A program made the translations under genes and the position numbers. The notes under the pieces were generated by a model, which saw only the letters and a list, made by a program, of their open reading frames with translations, did not search any database and had not been told where the DNA came from. From contig JAUSHE010000004.1 of assembly GCA_030648435.1 (NCBI GenBank), positions 1-35,280 of the forward strand: a stretch of 35,280 bases of DNA, given 5' to 3'. This document shows, piece after piece, positions 1 through 8,368 of this stretch (position 1 is the stretch's first letter; each line of letters starts with the position of its first letter). This DNA is from Candidatus Daviesbacteria bacterium (GTDB lineage: Bacteria; Patescibacteriota; Microgenomatia; Daviesbacterales; UBA10151).

Positions 1-1363
1 AAGCATTATTCTGCAAATCAGAAAAACTATTTATTCCACCGCTTGCATCCTGAACTCTTTTCGTCCAAGGCGTACTGCTCCAACCAATATCTCCGGAGTT
101 AAAAACATAGCCTCCGTGCGTTGATGAAAACCAAGCCTTAACGGGTCGACCTCCTTGAATCATAATTTTTCCCGGTGCGGCATTAACCGCTTGTTCCCAA
201 TTACCACCTTTTGGATTTGTTTGGAAAGCCTGACAATATTCATTAGCACAAATAGAAGAAGCGCCATTATTTGTCGCTGCTAAAACATATGACCTTGCGG
301 CAATTACCTGAGCTTTTAAAGCCGCAAGGTTATTATCTGTCCAGGAATCCGGAACCTCATATATTCTTTTAACATAATCCTCTAATCCTCCGCTCCAGAT
401 AATATTTCCGGAATTAAATCCGTTACTGTCATTAACTCTGATATTGATATTAGTATCAGCGTTTTGATAGCCGTCAAAATTATAATAAGCGTGCAAAATA
501 GTATCTTCATCTTGCCCGGCCTTAGCCCTGCCCCAAGCGCCAAATTGACTCAGTCCCACCCTGTTAGGAACACCATAGGTAAACATGGCAAATCTGGGGC
601 TAAAACCAGGATCAATATTTCTGTCATCGGTACAGCCACCGCGCATTGCATATGCTGATTTTGGTAAATTCAAACTACCTAATTTTGCAGCCAATAATTC
701 CTGCTGTTTAGCGGAAAGTTGGGCAATTTGTTTACCGAGGTCTGTCTGGTAAGCTTTGGCTTTTTTAACTTCTCCTCCTATAAACTTGGCATTTTTATCA
801 ACCTCTGCCTGTAAACCTGCCAGTTTTATTTTGTCTTTTTCCAGTTTATCTTTTTGGGTTAATAAATCTATCACTTCCGAAGTCACAGAAGTAATGACTT
901 GTCTGTCTTCCCTGGTAACAGTTTGCCTGTAGGAGAGTTCCCTGAATAAATCACCGGCACCCAATGAAGAAAAAATTACTAGGAGCGGGTCTGTTAAATA
1001 AGAGCGGATGTAATAAGCTTTAACCCTGGTTTCCAAAAGGGCCTGTTGCAAGGCTAGTTTATCCTCCATTGCATCCAGATCTTTCTGTTTTAGCCTGATA
1101 TTGGCAGATAAATTGTCTAAACTGGCCTGGATTTGTGCCAGTTGTCTTTGTAAAGATTCCATTTGACCTTCCAGGGGCTTGGTAGCGGCTTTCATTCTAT
1201 CTAATTCAGCAGTTAGCTGGGGTAAACATTGTCCGATTTCATCTAAGTTCAATGCAGAAGGATTACTACATTTTGCATCAACAGCTTGGACAATAGGTAT
1301 TATGTAGTATGTAGCAAGTATTATGGGTAAAACAAAAATAAAAAGTAGAAAGCGGGCATTCAT
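1..1363 (-). CDS. Secreted coiled-coil + SpoIID/LytB-domain peptidoglycan hydrolase (runs off the window edge; absent from the ORF track)
   Basis: Hand translation from ATG at 1363 gives signal peptide MNARFLLFIFVLPIILATYYIIPIVQA, a long coiled coil (LEGQMESLQRQLAQIQASLDNL..), then SpoIID-type motifs NRVGLSQFGAWGRAKAGQDEDTILHAYY and LEDYVKRIYEVPDSW..ALKAQVIAARSY. Confidence 0.85.
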   Translation of the reverse strand, partial: MNARFLLFIFVLPIILATYYIIPIVQAVDAKCSNPSALNLDEIGQCLPQLTAELDRMKAATKPLEGQMESLQRQLAQIQASLDNLSANIRLKQKDLDAMEDKLALQQALLETRVKAYYIRSYLTDPLLVIFSSLGAGDLFRELSYRQTVTREDRQVITSVTSEVIDLLTQKDKLEKDKIKLAGLQAEVDKNAKFIGGEVKKAKAYQTDLGKQIAQLSAKQQELLAAKLGSLNLPKSAYAMRGGCTDDRNIDPGFSPRFAMFTYGVPNRVGLSQFGAWGRAKAGQDEDTILHAYYNFDGYQNADTNINIRVNDSNGFNSGNIIWSGGLEDYVKRIYEVPDSWTDNNLAALKAQVIAARSYVLAATNNGASSICANEYCQAFQTNPKGGNWEQAVNAAPGKIMIQGGRPVKAWFSSTHGGYVFNSGDIGWSSTPWTKRVQDASGGINSFSDLQNNA

Positions 1364-1381
1364 GCCCTAAAATTCTACCAT

Positions 1382-1906
1382 TTACCGTGAAGCCGATCCA
1401 GTTTCCTCTCTAATTTTCTCATCTAAAAATATTTTCACCAATGATTGATAAGGCACATCTTTCTTATTGGCTAACATTTTAAGAGAGTTGAGCAAAGATT
1501 CAGTAACCCTTATGGTAATACTTCTGGTAGAGAGCTTAAGATTCGGAAAACTTGGGTTAACTATAGCTTTACTGATATCAAAATAGTCAGTAATACTATG
1601 AGTTGACCAAAACTCATCTTCTTCATCCTCGTTTTTAAATTTTGGCATAGTTTTTAACTTTTTCACCACTCTGATTTTATTATTTCTTATTGTGATTGCT
1701 AATGCCAGTTTCCTTCTATCTGTAGTTACACCAAAGATTTTGTACCGTTTCTCTGTTGCTGAGTGTTCTTCATCAACAAACACAATAAGCGGTTTGTTTA
1801 AAAAAACGTCTTCGCATTCTCTATAATCTACATTATGCTTTTTAATATGGGCAAGATTACCCTGATCCCACTTAAATCCTTCCAACGCATTAAAGTCAAC
1901 CTTCAT
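1382..1906 (-). CDS. In-frame fusion of a C-terminally truncated BrnT-family toxin and a BrnA/CopG-like RHH antitoxin
   Basis: N-half FKWDQGN..KHNVDYRECEDVF..HSATEKRY..KIRVV is BrnT-like. C-half PKFKNEDEEDEFWSTHSITDYFD..ITIRV..KKDVPYQSLVKIFLDE is CopG/BrnA antitoxin-like. Confidence 0.85.
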   Translation of the reverse strand: MKVDFNALEGFKWDQGNLAHIKKHNVDYRECEDVFLNKPLIVFVDEEHSATEKRYKIFGVTTDRRKLALAITIRNNKIRVVKKLKTMPKFKNEDEEDEFWSTHSITDYFDISKAIVNPSFPNLKLSTRSITIRVTESLLNSLKMLANKKDVPYQSLVKIFLDEKIREETGSASR

Positions 1907-1910
1907 ACTT

Positions 1911-1949
1911 TATGTATTGTACCATACCATACATAACAAATTATGTCAA
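1911..1949 (-). promoter_or_regulatory. Promoter and probable palindromic operator of the brnT-brnA gene
   Basis: Minus strand reads TTGACA, then TGG-TACAAT 9 nt before the ATG. The inverted repeat TATGTAT...ATACATA brackets the -10. Confidence 0.6.
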
Positions 1950-1950
1950 G

Positions 1951-1984
1951 ATTGTGGTCAACTGAAACTAATGTCCAAAGTTAT
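1951..1984 (+). repeat. 34-bp direct repeat, copy 1 (left flank of hicBA)
   Basis: attgtggtcaactgaaactaatgtccaaagttat; 33/34 identical to 2509-2542. Confidence 0.95.
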
Positions 1985-2211
1985 TTGAGGAGTTTGATAA
2001 ATTTATCTTTTGTAATTTCTAAATCCTTTTTGATAATCTTTGTTAACAATCCAATGCCGATGGTATCCGGCGGATGAATAGGTATGGTAGTCCTCCTACC
2101 ATCAGAATGCGTATAGACTGCATGGCTGCCACTTTGATCTCTAAATCTAAAACCAAGCCTTGTGATAATTTTTACTAAATCACGCGCTTTAACTTGGGGT
2201 AATTTTGACAT
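1981..2211 (-). CDS. hicA: HicA-family toxin
   Basis: 76 aa; LGF..QSGSHAVYTHSDGRRTTIPIH..IGIGLLTKII. Confidence 0.92.
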   Translation of the reverse strand: MSKLPQVKARDLVKIITRLGFRFRDQSGSHAVYTHSDGRRTTIPIHPPDTIGIGLLTKIIKKDLEITKDKFIKLLK

Positions 2212-2453
2212 TAGATGGAAACTTCAATAGAAGTGAGGCTAACCGGCTGAGTCCTAGGTATTTCCTGCTTTTCTGATCTCATCACTTTAAGGTTAAGCAC
2301 TATTGCATCACGGATATTAGTAATTGCTTTTTCCAAAGTCTTACCCTGCGTATGACAACCAGCAAGTTCCGGACAATCAGCCACAAAAAACCCATCCTCA
2401 TCTTTTTCAATAATAACAGGGAAATTATATGTTGTTGTTTTAATCTTTTTCAT
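2211..2453 (-). CDS. hicB: HicB-family antitoxin (short, no DNA-binding tail)
   Basis: FPVIIEKDEDGFFVADCPELAGCHTQGKTLEKAITNIRDAI. ATG 2453 is preferred because TGG-TATAAT lies just upstream. Confidence 0.92.
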   Translation of the reverse strand: MKKIKTTTYNFPVIIEKDEDGFFVADCPELAGCHTQGKTLEKAITNIRDAIVLNLKVMRSEKQEIPRTQPVSLTSIEVSI

Positions 2454-2508
2454 AAGTGAATTATACCACAAAATCCCAAAATGTGCTAAGCCACAATTAT
2501 GTAAACTA

Positions 2509-2542
2509 ATTGTGGTAAACTGAAACTAATGTCCAAAGTTAT
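2509..2542 (+). repeat. 34-bp direct repeat, copy 2 (contains the extended -10 and first codons of the pilin-adhesin gene)
   Basis: attgtggtaaactgaaactaatgtccaaagttat; TGG-TAAACT followed by ATG 2529. Confidence 0.95.
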
Positions 2543-3680
2543 CATTTTTACGCTGTTGCTTTTTGGATTGATATTTATCTACCCACAGATATATGGTCTA
2601 GTACAAGCACAAGCATTTACCATCTCCCCCCAAACCCCTACTACCCTAAATGATAGTGTAAATATCGAGATCAGCAAACTAATAAAAGATAAGGAATATG
2701 TTATAGGGATTAAAAGAGAGGGACAGAAAAACGGTGTAGACTTAATCGACAGAAAAGCAGATTCCGAGGGAAAAATTGCTTTTCGTCTTTGTCCAAGCGG
2801 CCTTGGGGGATATAACTCAGAAGATAACTGCAAAGGAACCACTTTCAAAGAGGGTATCTATCTTGTAAATGTTTCTGAGTATAAATCCACCGAAGGTAAA
2901 AAACTAGTGGCAAAATTCTCCTTCCCTGTTTCAATCAAGACTGCGGGGGTAATTGAATTCCTTAACACCAGCTTTACAACAATTGATGACATAATCATTA
3001 AAGTAAGCAATATTAGCAAGGGTTCTTACAAAATTCTAGTTGACGGAAACGATCCAACTCAAGGTAAATCGTGTGTTGACACTGATAATGATGTGCTTGA
3101 AGTTAATATAGGCAAATACTACGAAGGATCTCATAACTTAGCGATATACAGAAATGAGAAGAGTATTAAACATCCCCTCTGTGGTAAAGGAGCACTACTA
3201 ACTTATGGTTCTTTTAAAATCGATAATTCGGGAAAGGGAGGATCAGGCCCTGTAGTAAAGCCCGGAACAGAAACTCTAGAATTGCCAAATGGCAAACTAT
3301 GTAAAAGCGAAAACGATTCCACTTTCGACGAAGATACTGATATGGTTTGTTCTTCATCCGGGGGCATACCATGCGGAACAGATGTAAATAATCCGGGTAT
3401 TGCTACAGCTATTGGTTGTATTCATACCAATCCTGTAGCACTAGTTAAGGATTTTTTGAAATTTGCTTTGGGAATCTCCGGTGGTTTGGCATTTTTGCTG
3501 ATGCTTTTGGGGGCATTCCAGATGCTGACTTCTGCAGGCAACCCTGAAACGCTAGCTGCAGGAAAGGGCAGATTAACTTCTGCAATTATCGGGTTACTAT
3601 TTGTTATTTTCTCTGTCTTACTGCTAAAAATTATCGGAGTTGATATACTGGGACTGGAAAAACAATTCGGATATCCTTAA
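2529..3680 (+). CDS. Large pilin: signal peptide, ~280-aa beta-rich Cys-containing ectodomain, C-terminal VirB2/TrbC-like pilin domain
   Basis: Signal peptide ending VQAQA. The C-terminus IATAIGCI..GGLAFLLMLLGAFQMLTSAGNPETLAAGKGRLTSAIIGLLFVIFS is the helix-G(N/D)-helix T4SS pilin motif. Confidence 0.8.
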   Translation: MSKVIIFTLLLFGLIFIYPQIYGLVQAQAFTISPQTPTTLNDSVNIEISKLIKDKEYVIGIKREGQKNGVDLIDRKADSEGKIAFRLCPSGLGGYNSEDNCKGTTFKEGIYLVNVSEYKSTEGKKLVAKFSFPVSIKTAGVIEFLNTSFTTIDDIIIKVSNISKGSYKILVDGNDPTQGKSCVDTDNDVLEVNIGKYYEGSHNLAIYRNEKSIKHPLCGKGALLTYGSFKIDNSGKGGSGPVVKPGTETLELPNGKLCKSENDSTFDEDTDMVCSSSGGIPCGTDVNNPGIATAIGCIHTNPVALVKDFLKFALGISGGLAFLLMLLGAFQMLTSAGNPETLAAGKGRLTSAIIGLLFVIFSVLLLKIIGVDILGLEKQFGYP

Positions 3681-3684
3681 AAAT

Positions 3685-3999
3685 ATGCTTAAAGATGTAT
3701 TAGATAATTCCGGCTTAAATAAATTTAAGTTTGAAAATGCCAAATTAAGCGCCGTTCTATCCTCTTTTTTAGAGATTGCTTTTTTTCTGGCAGCTTTCAT
3801 GGCCTTTATTTGGCTGGTCTGGGGGGCTTTTGCTTATATTATGGCCCAGGGTCAAAAAGAAAACTTGGCCAAAGCCAGAGCCAAAATCACCTGGGCTATC
3901 ATTGGACTAATGATAGTATTAATGGCATACTTTATAACGACATTTGTTTACGAAATCTTCAAAGAGGTATTAGATAAAAGAGGAGGCGTGCCATTCTAA
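3685..3999 (+). CDS. VirB2/TrbC-like pilin
   Basis: WLVWGAFAYIMAQGQKENLAKARAKITWAIIGL. ATG 3685 is preferred over the overlapping upstream TTG. Confidence 0.85.
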   Translation: MLKDVLDNSGLNKFKFENAKLSAVLSSFLEIAFFLAAFMAFIWLVWGAFAYIMAQGQKENLAKARAKITWAIIGLMIVLMAYFITTFVYEIFKEVLDKRGGVPF

Positions 4000-4319
4000 T
4001 GACTCCGGCCTATGCATTTGAGATTGGAGAAAAATTTGGTTTTGGGGATATTACTTCCTTAGGACAAGGAGTAAGTCAATTAGTTGTACCGGTATTTTCC
4101 CTGGCAGCAGCAGCCGTAGTTATATATTTCCTCTGGGGGGCATTTAATTACCTAAAATCCGGAGGGAATAAAGAAGAAGTGGCCAATGCCCGCAACATGA
4201 TAACTCATGCTATTATTGGATTTATAATACTGATTTTTGCATTCTTTGTTTTGCAGTTTTTATTGTCCAGCTTGTTTGGGATAACTGGTACTGATTTTCA
4301 AATAATAAAATCTCAATGA
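3999..4319 (+). CDS. VirB2/TrbC-like pilin
   Basis: YFLWGAFNYLKSGGNKEEVANARNMITHAIIGF; TAATG coupling to the previous gene. Confidence 0.87.
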   Translation: MTPAYAFEIGEKFGFGDITSLGQGVSQLVVPVFSLAAAAVVIYFLWGAFNYLKSGGNKEEVANARNMITHAIIGFIILIFAFFVLQFLLSSLFGITGTDFQIIKSQ

Positions 4320-4816
4320 TTAAAAAAATTTTTATTTTATTAATAATTGGCATTCTCTATTCTTTGATAAATGTGTTTACCGCTTTGGCTTCTGACAATA
4401 TAAAGCCCACGGGAATATGTACACCGAATATTGATACTTGTGTTAGTGGTTATTCCTGTCAATTTGACGAGCATTTTAATATCTATAGTTGCCAGCCTGT
4501 CTTTGGCAAGATTCAAGCTCCTGCTCCTTTGGCTGGCTTTTTAAAGGATAACCCAACAGGAGCAAGTGCTATCAGCCAGTTTTTGTCTAATTTTGTAGTT
4601 CTCATTTATGCTGCAGCAGCCATAGTTTTAATTTTTATGCTGCTGTGGGGAGCATTTGAATGGATGGTCTCGGGCGGAGACAAGGAAAAACTATCTTCAG
4701 CCCAAAAGAGAATAATAAATGCTTTTATCGGCATACTGCTTTTCGCAGTTGCTTTTGCAGTTTTACAGGTCTTAGGCCAATTTACCGGTTTTAAATTCTT
4801 TGCCGGGCAAAAGTAA
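4316..4816 (+). CDS. VirB2/TrbC-like pilin with a small four-Cys N-terminal domain
   Basis: Signal peptide, CTPNIDTCVSGYSC..SC, then MLLWGAFEWMVSGGDKEKLSSAQKRIINAFIGI. Confidence 0.87.
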   Translation: MIKKIFILLIIGILYSLINVFTALASDNIKPTGICTPNIDTCVSGYSCQFDEHFNIYSCQPVFGKIQAPAPLAGFLKDNPTGASAISQFLSNFVVLIYAAAAIVLIFMLLWGAFEWMVSGGDKEKLSSAQKRIINAFIGILLFAVAFAVLQVLGQFTGFKFFAGQK

Positions 4817-4828
4817 TTACTTGACCCA

Positions 4829-4843
4829 TTCGACTTCACTCAG
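4829..4843. repeat. REP-like element (TTCGAC-N-CTCAG family)
   Basis: ttcgacttcactcag, similar to the copies at 16169, 16212 and 22513. Confidence 0.6.
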
Positions 4844-4876
4844 AGTCTTGATACAATCAGTTTACATGATTGTATC

Positions 4877-4906
4877 TTGACAAGCACTTTGTGATACGGA
4901 TATAGT
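4877..4906 (+). promoter_or_regulatory. Sigma70-type promoter for the pilin at 4919
   Basis: TTGACA (4877-4882), 18-nt spacer, TATAGT (4901-4906). Confidence 0.7.
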
Positions 4907-4918
4907 TAAGTTACAGAT

Positions 4919-5308
4919 ATGAAAAAATTAGCATTTATTGGATCTGTAGTAGTTTCCTTTTTAAATCCTGTGAAAATATTGGCAGCAACGCCAGATATAA
5001 CTATTGAAGCCCCTGTTAATAAATTAACCAATAAACCGCTCGGTTATAGTAATTTGGGAATATTTATCAGCAACGCAATCTCTTTAATTTTCATATTTGC
5101 AGTTATTATGGTTTTAATCATGTTAATCTGGGGAGCATTTGAATGGATAGCCTCGGGCGGAGACAAAGAAGCAGTTGGTAAAGCGAGGAATAGAATTCTG
5201 AATGCTCTAATAGGAATGGCTGTTTTAGCGGTAGCATTTGCCATATTTAAAGTGGCCGGCCAATTCTTAGGATTTGATACTTTAAATTTCGTTATACCGA
5301 CGCCTTAA
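4919..5308 (+). CDS. VirB2/TrbC-like pilin (candidate major pilin)
   Basis: Signal peptide; MLIWGAFEWIASGGDKEAVGKARNRILNALIGM; has its own near-consensus promoter. Confidence 0.88.
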   Translation: MKKLAFIGSVVVSFLNPVKILAATPDITIEAPVNKLTNKPLGYSNLGIFISNAISLIFIFAVIMVLIMLIWGAFEWIASGGDKEAVGKARNRILNALIGMAVLAVAFAIFKVAGQFLGFDTLNFVIPTP

Positions 5309-5354
5309 TAACTTTTCAATTGATCTTCAAAACTATTCGTGGTAAGTTTAGAGT

Positions 5355-5768
5355 ATGCTTCAGAAGTTTATCGTTTATAGTTTATCGTTTATAGTTTTAA
5401 TGCTATCTACTATATCTCTGACCTATGCAGCTGGCCCATCACCCGAACCTTGTATAAATGATGTTTCAATTAAGGCCGGCTACGGTCCTTGTCCTGCAGG
5501 TTTAGATCAAATTGAAGAAATTGTTGGTAAAGTAATTTCCGTCATAGTAGGTTTAGGTTTTATTGCCATGCTGGCAATGGTAGTTATGGCCGGAATCAAA
5601 TATTTAACTTCCGGCGGAGAACCAAAAGCCGTTCAGGCTGCCCATCAGGCTTTTACCTGGGCTATTTTAGGGATACTTTTTATGATTATTGCCTGGCTGA
5701 CTTTAGTGCTTATTGAAAACTTTACAGGAATAAAAGTAACTACGTTTAACATAAAAAGCCTCTATTGA
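5355..5768 (+). CDS. VirB2/TrbC-like pilin
   Basis: Signal peptide ending TYA, a Cys pair, then MVVMAGIKYLTSGGEPKAVQAAHQAFTWAILGI. Confidence 0.88.
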   Translation: MLQKFIVYSLSFIVLMLSTISLTYAAGPSPEPCINDVSIKAGYGPCPAGLDQIEEIVGKVISVIVGLGFIAMLAMVVMAGIKYLTSGGEPKAVQAAHQAFTWAILGILFMIIAWLTLVLIENFTGIKVTTFNIKSLY

Positions 5769-5803
5769 CAAAACTCTGGTAAAAGTAATAAAATACTACC
5801 AGT
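5765..5803 (+). promoter_or_regulatory. Promoter and operator of the AbrB-VapC module
   Basis: TTGACA (5765-5770), 18 nt, TAAAAT (5789-5794). The inverted repeat CTGGTA...TACCAG flanks the -10. Confidence 0.6.
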
Positions 5804-6112
5804 ATGAATATCGGCACAATAGTAACTCCAAACATAAAAGGGCAAATAGTCATCCCCAAAAAAATCAGGGACGGGTTAAATATTACAAAAAATACTCCTT
5901 TAAATATACGAGTTGTGGATAATGGCATTCATATTCATCCTATTGCAGAAGTAATAACAAATGCGGAAGAGGATAAAAGACATAGAGTACTACTGCAGAT
6001 TTTGAAGGAGACTCAGGGGGCCTGGGCAAATGATAAGGAATTTGATAAGAGACAAAAGAAAATGAGGAAAATGGAAATTGCTGCGACAAAAAGAATGAGA
6101 AAAACATGGTAA
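5804..6112 (+). CDS. AbrB/MazE/SpoVT-family antitoxin
   Basis: KGQIVIPKKIRDGLNI motif; overlaps the downstream PIN gene. Confidence 0.9.
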   Translation: MNIGTIVTPNIKGQIVIPKKIRDGLNITKNTPLNIRVVDNGIHIHPIAEVITNAEEDKRHRVLLQILKETQGAWANDKEFDKRQKKMRKMEIAATKRMRKTW

Positions 6113-6495
6113 GCAGAAAAGTTACTGTTGATACCAGCATTATTATCGATCACTTAAGGCAAATTAAACAATCGAAAACTCTTCTGAGAACAATCCTGAA
6201 AGATAAACATACAGCATTTATAATCTCTTCAGATGTAATACAAGAATTATTTGCAGGACAGAGCAGTAAAACTGTAGAGCCAAAAGATGAAATACGAAAG
6301 ATTCTACAGTCATTCCATATTATTGATGTGACCCCTGAAATTGCCGAACTGGCAGGACAAATTATGAGAGACTCCAAACTAAGTATTCAGTTTGCTGATG
6401 CTGCCATTGCTGCTACAGCCATTACTAACAATGCCCTGCTTGCCACTTTAAATAAAAAAGATTTTCAGGGGATTCCTGATTTGGAATTTGTGTAA
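6106..6495 (+). CDS. vapC: VapC-like PIN-domain toxin
   Basis: VDTSIIIDHLR..ELFAG..FADAAIAATA..LATLNKKDF. Confidence 0.92.
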   Translation: MVSRKVTVDTSIIIDHLRQIKQSKTLLRTILKDKHTAFIISSDVIQELFAGQSSKTVEPKDEIRKILQSFHIIDVTPEIAELAGQIMRDSKLSIQFADAAIAATAITNNALLATLNKKDFQGIPDLEFV

Positions 6496-6535
6496 AGACT
6501 TGCAAAAGAGGGCTAATTTGTTTTACTGTTAAGAT

Positions 6536-8368
6536 ATGACTGCCATTTTTAAATGTACAATTTACAATTTACAATGTACAATTAAACCACTTTTAATTCT
6601 TTTTGCTTTTATTTTTACATTTTACATTTTACATTTTACATTTCTTACCCCTGCTTTTGCCCAAACTGCTATCCCTGCTACTCCCCTACAGCCTGCCGCC
6701 TACAGCCTGCCGCCTGTTATCTCCCCCACTTCTCCTCTTTATACTGACCTTTTGTTAAACAACATGTTCCATTCCTTTTCCTGCCTGGCTATTGGCTCAT
6801 CTGTGATTGGCCAACCTTGTTTAACCTACCAAATTACCAAAAATGCCCAAGGGATGATTCAAAGTGTACCAATGCTTTCTTCGGTAAACTTATCAGGAGG
6901 AACTCTGGGTGCTGTTTCATCGCTAATAGGGGCTTTATACCTGAATCCTCCTGTCAGGACTGCTGATTATCTGGCATCGGTAGGGCAGGGTTTGGGAATC
7001 GTTAAAACGGCTAATGCCCAGGTGGGCGGATCAGGAGCCAGCGTCCTAAGTCCGATTATAAAACTCTGGCAGGTATCAAGAAACATTTCCTATGTAGTCA
7101 TGATAATAATATTTCTAATCATAGGTATGATGGTAATGTTTAGAAACAAAATAAATCCCCAAACAGTCATTACAGCCCAGGCAGCTTTACCGGGGTTGGT
7201 AATTGGTTTAATTTTAATTACTTTTAGCTATTTCCTGGCAGGGCTAATTTCCGATATGGCATTTGTAGGAACAAACGTTGTTGGTTATTATTTCTCCGCT
7301 ACCCAACCACCTACCGATCCCGCCACTCCGCCACAAAATTTAGTGTCTGATGCATCAGATAAAAATGTTATAGGCATTTTTAGCCGGTTTGCGGGAATTA
7401 TCAGTCCTGATGATGCAAAACATGCGCTTGATGGGATATGGAATAATCTCCCTGACGCAACACAGTACTTATTAGCTACGGTTGCAGGATTTATGGCTGC
7501 TCAATTTTCCCTTGAAAAGACGACATTTCTCGCAGCCATACCCCATGCAGGAAACGCTATACAAGCCGTAATCGCTACCATCGCAACCGTCACTGCAGCG
7601 AAATTCCCAACAACAATCGTAGGATTAGTTTTATCCTGGATAGCTACACTCATATTATTATACTCCATGTTTAAATTGTTACTGCGCCTGGTCAATAGTT
7701 TTTTAAGCATTATATTTCTAACCGTCACCGCCCCTTTCCATTTCCTGGCAGCTTCTTTACCGGGCAGGCAAAGCATTGCCACAAATTGGATGTTAAACAT
7801 GCTTTCCAACGTGTTGGCATTCCCGGCAGTAATGGGGGTATTTTATTTTGTGGCATTTCTTATGGGACCTGATCAGATAAACTCAAGCTTACCATTTGTC
7901 GTTTCTGATGCAACGAAGGTAACAGGAATCTTAGCCTTCCCTCTCTTGGGAGGCTTAGGCCGAGATTTTATCAACATACTGCTGGCTTTTGGAGCATTGG
8001 TGGCCTTACCTACTATACCTGATATTATTTCCCGAACGCTCGGCAGAGCCTCCCAGGCAGGACAGCTGCTTGGGCAAGGAATTAGCGCAGGGGTGGGCGC
8101 AGGTATGGGATACTACGGACGGGCCAACCAAGGCGCTAATGCTGCCAGTAATCTAGGTGCCAGAGCTAGAGGATGGTTTGGTGTCCCCGGGTATAAACTT
8201 GATAAGGAGGGACGCATTATAGAAACATATGAGGCAGGAAGAGGTGCTACTTTTGGAGCTATTGCTAAAAGCCAACGCTTCGGTGGATTAATCAGACGAG
8301 TTACCGGTGGTCGCATAGGAAAAGTCCCATCACAGGAGAAAAATATAGAAAATTCCACACCAGCATAA
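6536..8368 (+). CDS. Polytopic membrane protein, VirB6/TrbL-like T4SS component
   Basis: Signal peptide and multiple TM segments. LWQVSRNISY..LPGLVIGLILITFSYF and KLLLRLVNSFLSIIFLTVTAPFHFLAASLPG..NWMLNML resemble VirB6-type cores; Gly-rich basic tail; follows the pilin array. Confidence 0.65.
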   Translation: MTAIFKCTIYNLQCTIKPLLILFAFIFTFYILHFTFLTPAFAQTAIPATPLQPAAYSLPPVISPTSPLYTDLLLNNMFHSFSCLAIGSSVIGQPCLTYQITKNAQGMIQSVPMLSSVNLSGGTLGAVSSLIGALYLNPPVRTADYLASVGQGLGIVKTANAQVGGSGASVLSPIIKLWQVSRNISYVVMIIIFLIIGMMVMFRNKINPQTVITAQAALPGLVIGLILITFSYFLAGLISDMAFVGTNVVGYYFSATQPPTDPATPPQNLVSDASDKNVIGIFSRFAGIISPDDAKHALDGIWNNLPDATQYLLATVAGFMAAQFSLEKTTFLAAIPHAGNAIQAVIATIATVTAAKFPTTIVGLVLSWIATLILLYSMFKLLLRLVNSFLSIIFLTVTAPFHFLAASLPGRQSIATNWMLNMLSNVLAFPAVMGVFYFVAFLMGPDQINSSLPFVVSDATKVTGILAFPLLGGLGRDFINILLAFGALVALPTIPDIISRTLGRASQAGQLLGQGISAGVGAGMGYYGRANQGANAASNLGARARGWFGVPGYKLDKEGRIIETYEAGRGATFGAIAKSQRFGGLIRRVTGGRIGKVPSQEKNIENSTPA

